Source: Octopus bimaculoides (lineage: Eukaryota). From it: 64,000 nt of DNA. Shown one piece after another: positions 62,966-64,000 of the stretch (positions within the stretch are counted from its first letter, which is position 1; each line of letters begins with the position of its first letter). The translations under genes were made by a program, and so were the position numbers. Where the stretch lies: contig NC_068998.1 in the NCBI RefSeq assembly GCF_001194135.2, positions 1,427,448 to 1,491,447 on the forward strand, given 5' to 3'. Below the pieces are notes generated by a model that was not told the DNA's origin, searched no databases, and was given only the letters and a program-made list of their open reading frames with translations.

Positions 62966-64000
62966 AAGAGAACTAGTGAAAAGAAGAGATTTGAGCTTAA
63001 AAGATGGGGAGAGAAAAACGTTGAGTTATTAAGAACTGTCGAAACGGATAGAATTGTTAGGGGTTAGATTAAAGGGAGATTAAAGTAGAAAAGTAGAAAA
63101 TAAAGGTTGGGGGATTAAAGAAGAAAATAATGGGGTGAGATTAAAGTGGAAAATTAAGGTGAGGAGATTAAAGACGGTCGAATAATAGGATAAAATTGAA
63201 TGAAGAACAATCTAGACATGAATAATAAAATTAAATTGAAACAAAAGCAGACGACAATTTCTCTCCCCCACTCTCTCCCCTTTTTCTCTCCTCTTCTCTC
63301 TCTCTCTCTGATTCCTTAACTGTTTCTCTTTCTCTTTCATCGCCTCGCCCCACACATCCTGTTTCTTTCTTCCTCTTACTCCCTCTTTCACTTTATTCTG
63401 CTCTCTCTTGTCACAATTTCTTTACCCCTTCTTTTCTTTTTCCTGTTTTTCTTTTTCCCTTTCTTTCTCGAACACGCTCAAACGTTTACTTCCTTCTCTT
63501 TCACTCCCCTTTCACTCCCCCTCTCTCTCTCTCTCTCTTACCTTCCTTCACTCTCCCTCCTGCCCTTGTCTCTCTTCCTCCGAACATCTCTCCATCACTC
63601 ATCCCTCGCTCTACTTCTCGCCATCTCTCTCTTCTTCCATATATACGTATATATATATATATATCTTCCATCCGTTTTTTTCTTCATCTATTTTCTCTTT
63701 CCCCCTCTCTCCCCCATACAAGCACCCATTTTGTATAATTCGTTTCTTCATCGAACTTGTGTTGCTTTCATTCCCTTATCTTCTCTCCTTCAGTTCTATC
63801 TTTCTGCTTCATTTCTTTCTTTCTTTCTTTCGTTCTTCCCCGCTTTCTTTCATTCTTTCTTTCTTTTTCAATCCTTTCCGTCTTAAACAATTTCGTTACC
63901 ATTCTTTCTTCTTACTCTCTTTCTTCACTTTCTTTAACCCACCATTTCTCTCTCTCTCTCTCTCTCTCTCCCTCTCTCTCTCTCTCTCCCTCTCTCTCTC

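Overview
Eukaryotic, AT-rich, microsatellite-saturated genomic window with 11 N-gaps, mostly flanked by (TA)n. The repeat content resembles an octopod cephalopod short-read assembly, which is an inference and not a database result. The main feature is a + strand, multi-exon insulin-degrading enzyme gene (IDE/insulysin, M16A). I could trace 27 coding exons with canonical GT-AG sites and consistent phases from ATG 18531 to TGA 41026 (939 codons visible). One further ~41-codon exon is missing and probably lies in the gap at 21186-21966. The protein keeps the catalytic HFCEH motif, E189, R824 and Y831 and ends in a PTS1 (SKL). Its substrate exosite and polyanion-site residues differ strongly from human IDE. 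Upstream are two intact, divergently oriented tRNA genes (Phe-GAA, Asn-GTT), a truncated tRNA-Phe copy, and a candidate small spliced gene on the - strand near 8.3-9.4 kb. The rest is SINE families, MITEs, and relics of mariner/Tc1, R4/Dong-like, RTE and Penelope-like elements, plus simple repeats. Almost all ORFs in the supplied track are microsatellite or gap artefacts. I found no CRISPR, rRNA or prokaryote-type system. Human IDE residue numbers and exon sizes are from memory and need verification.
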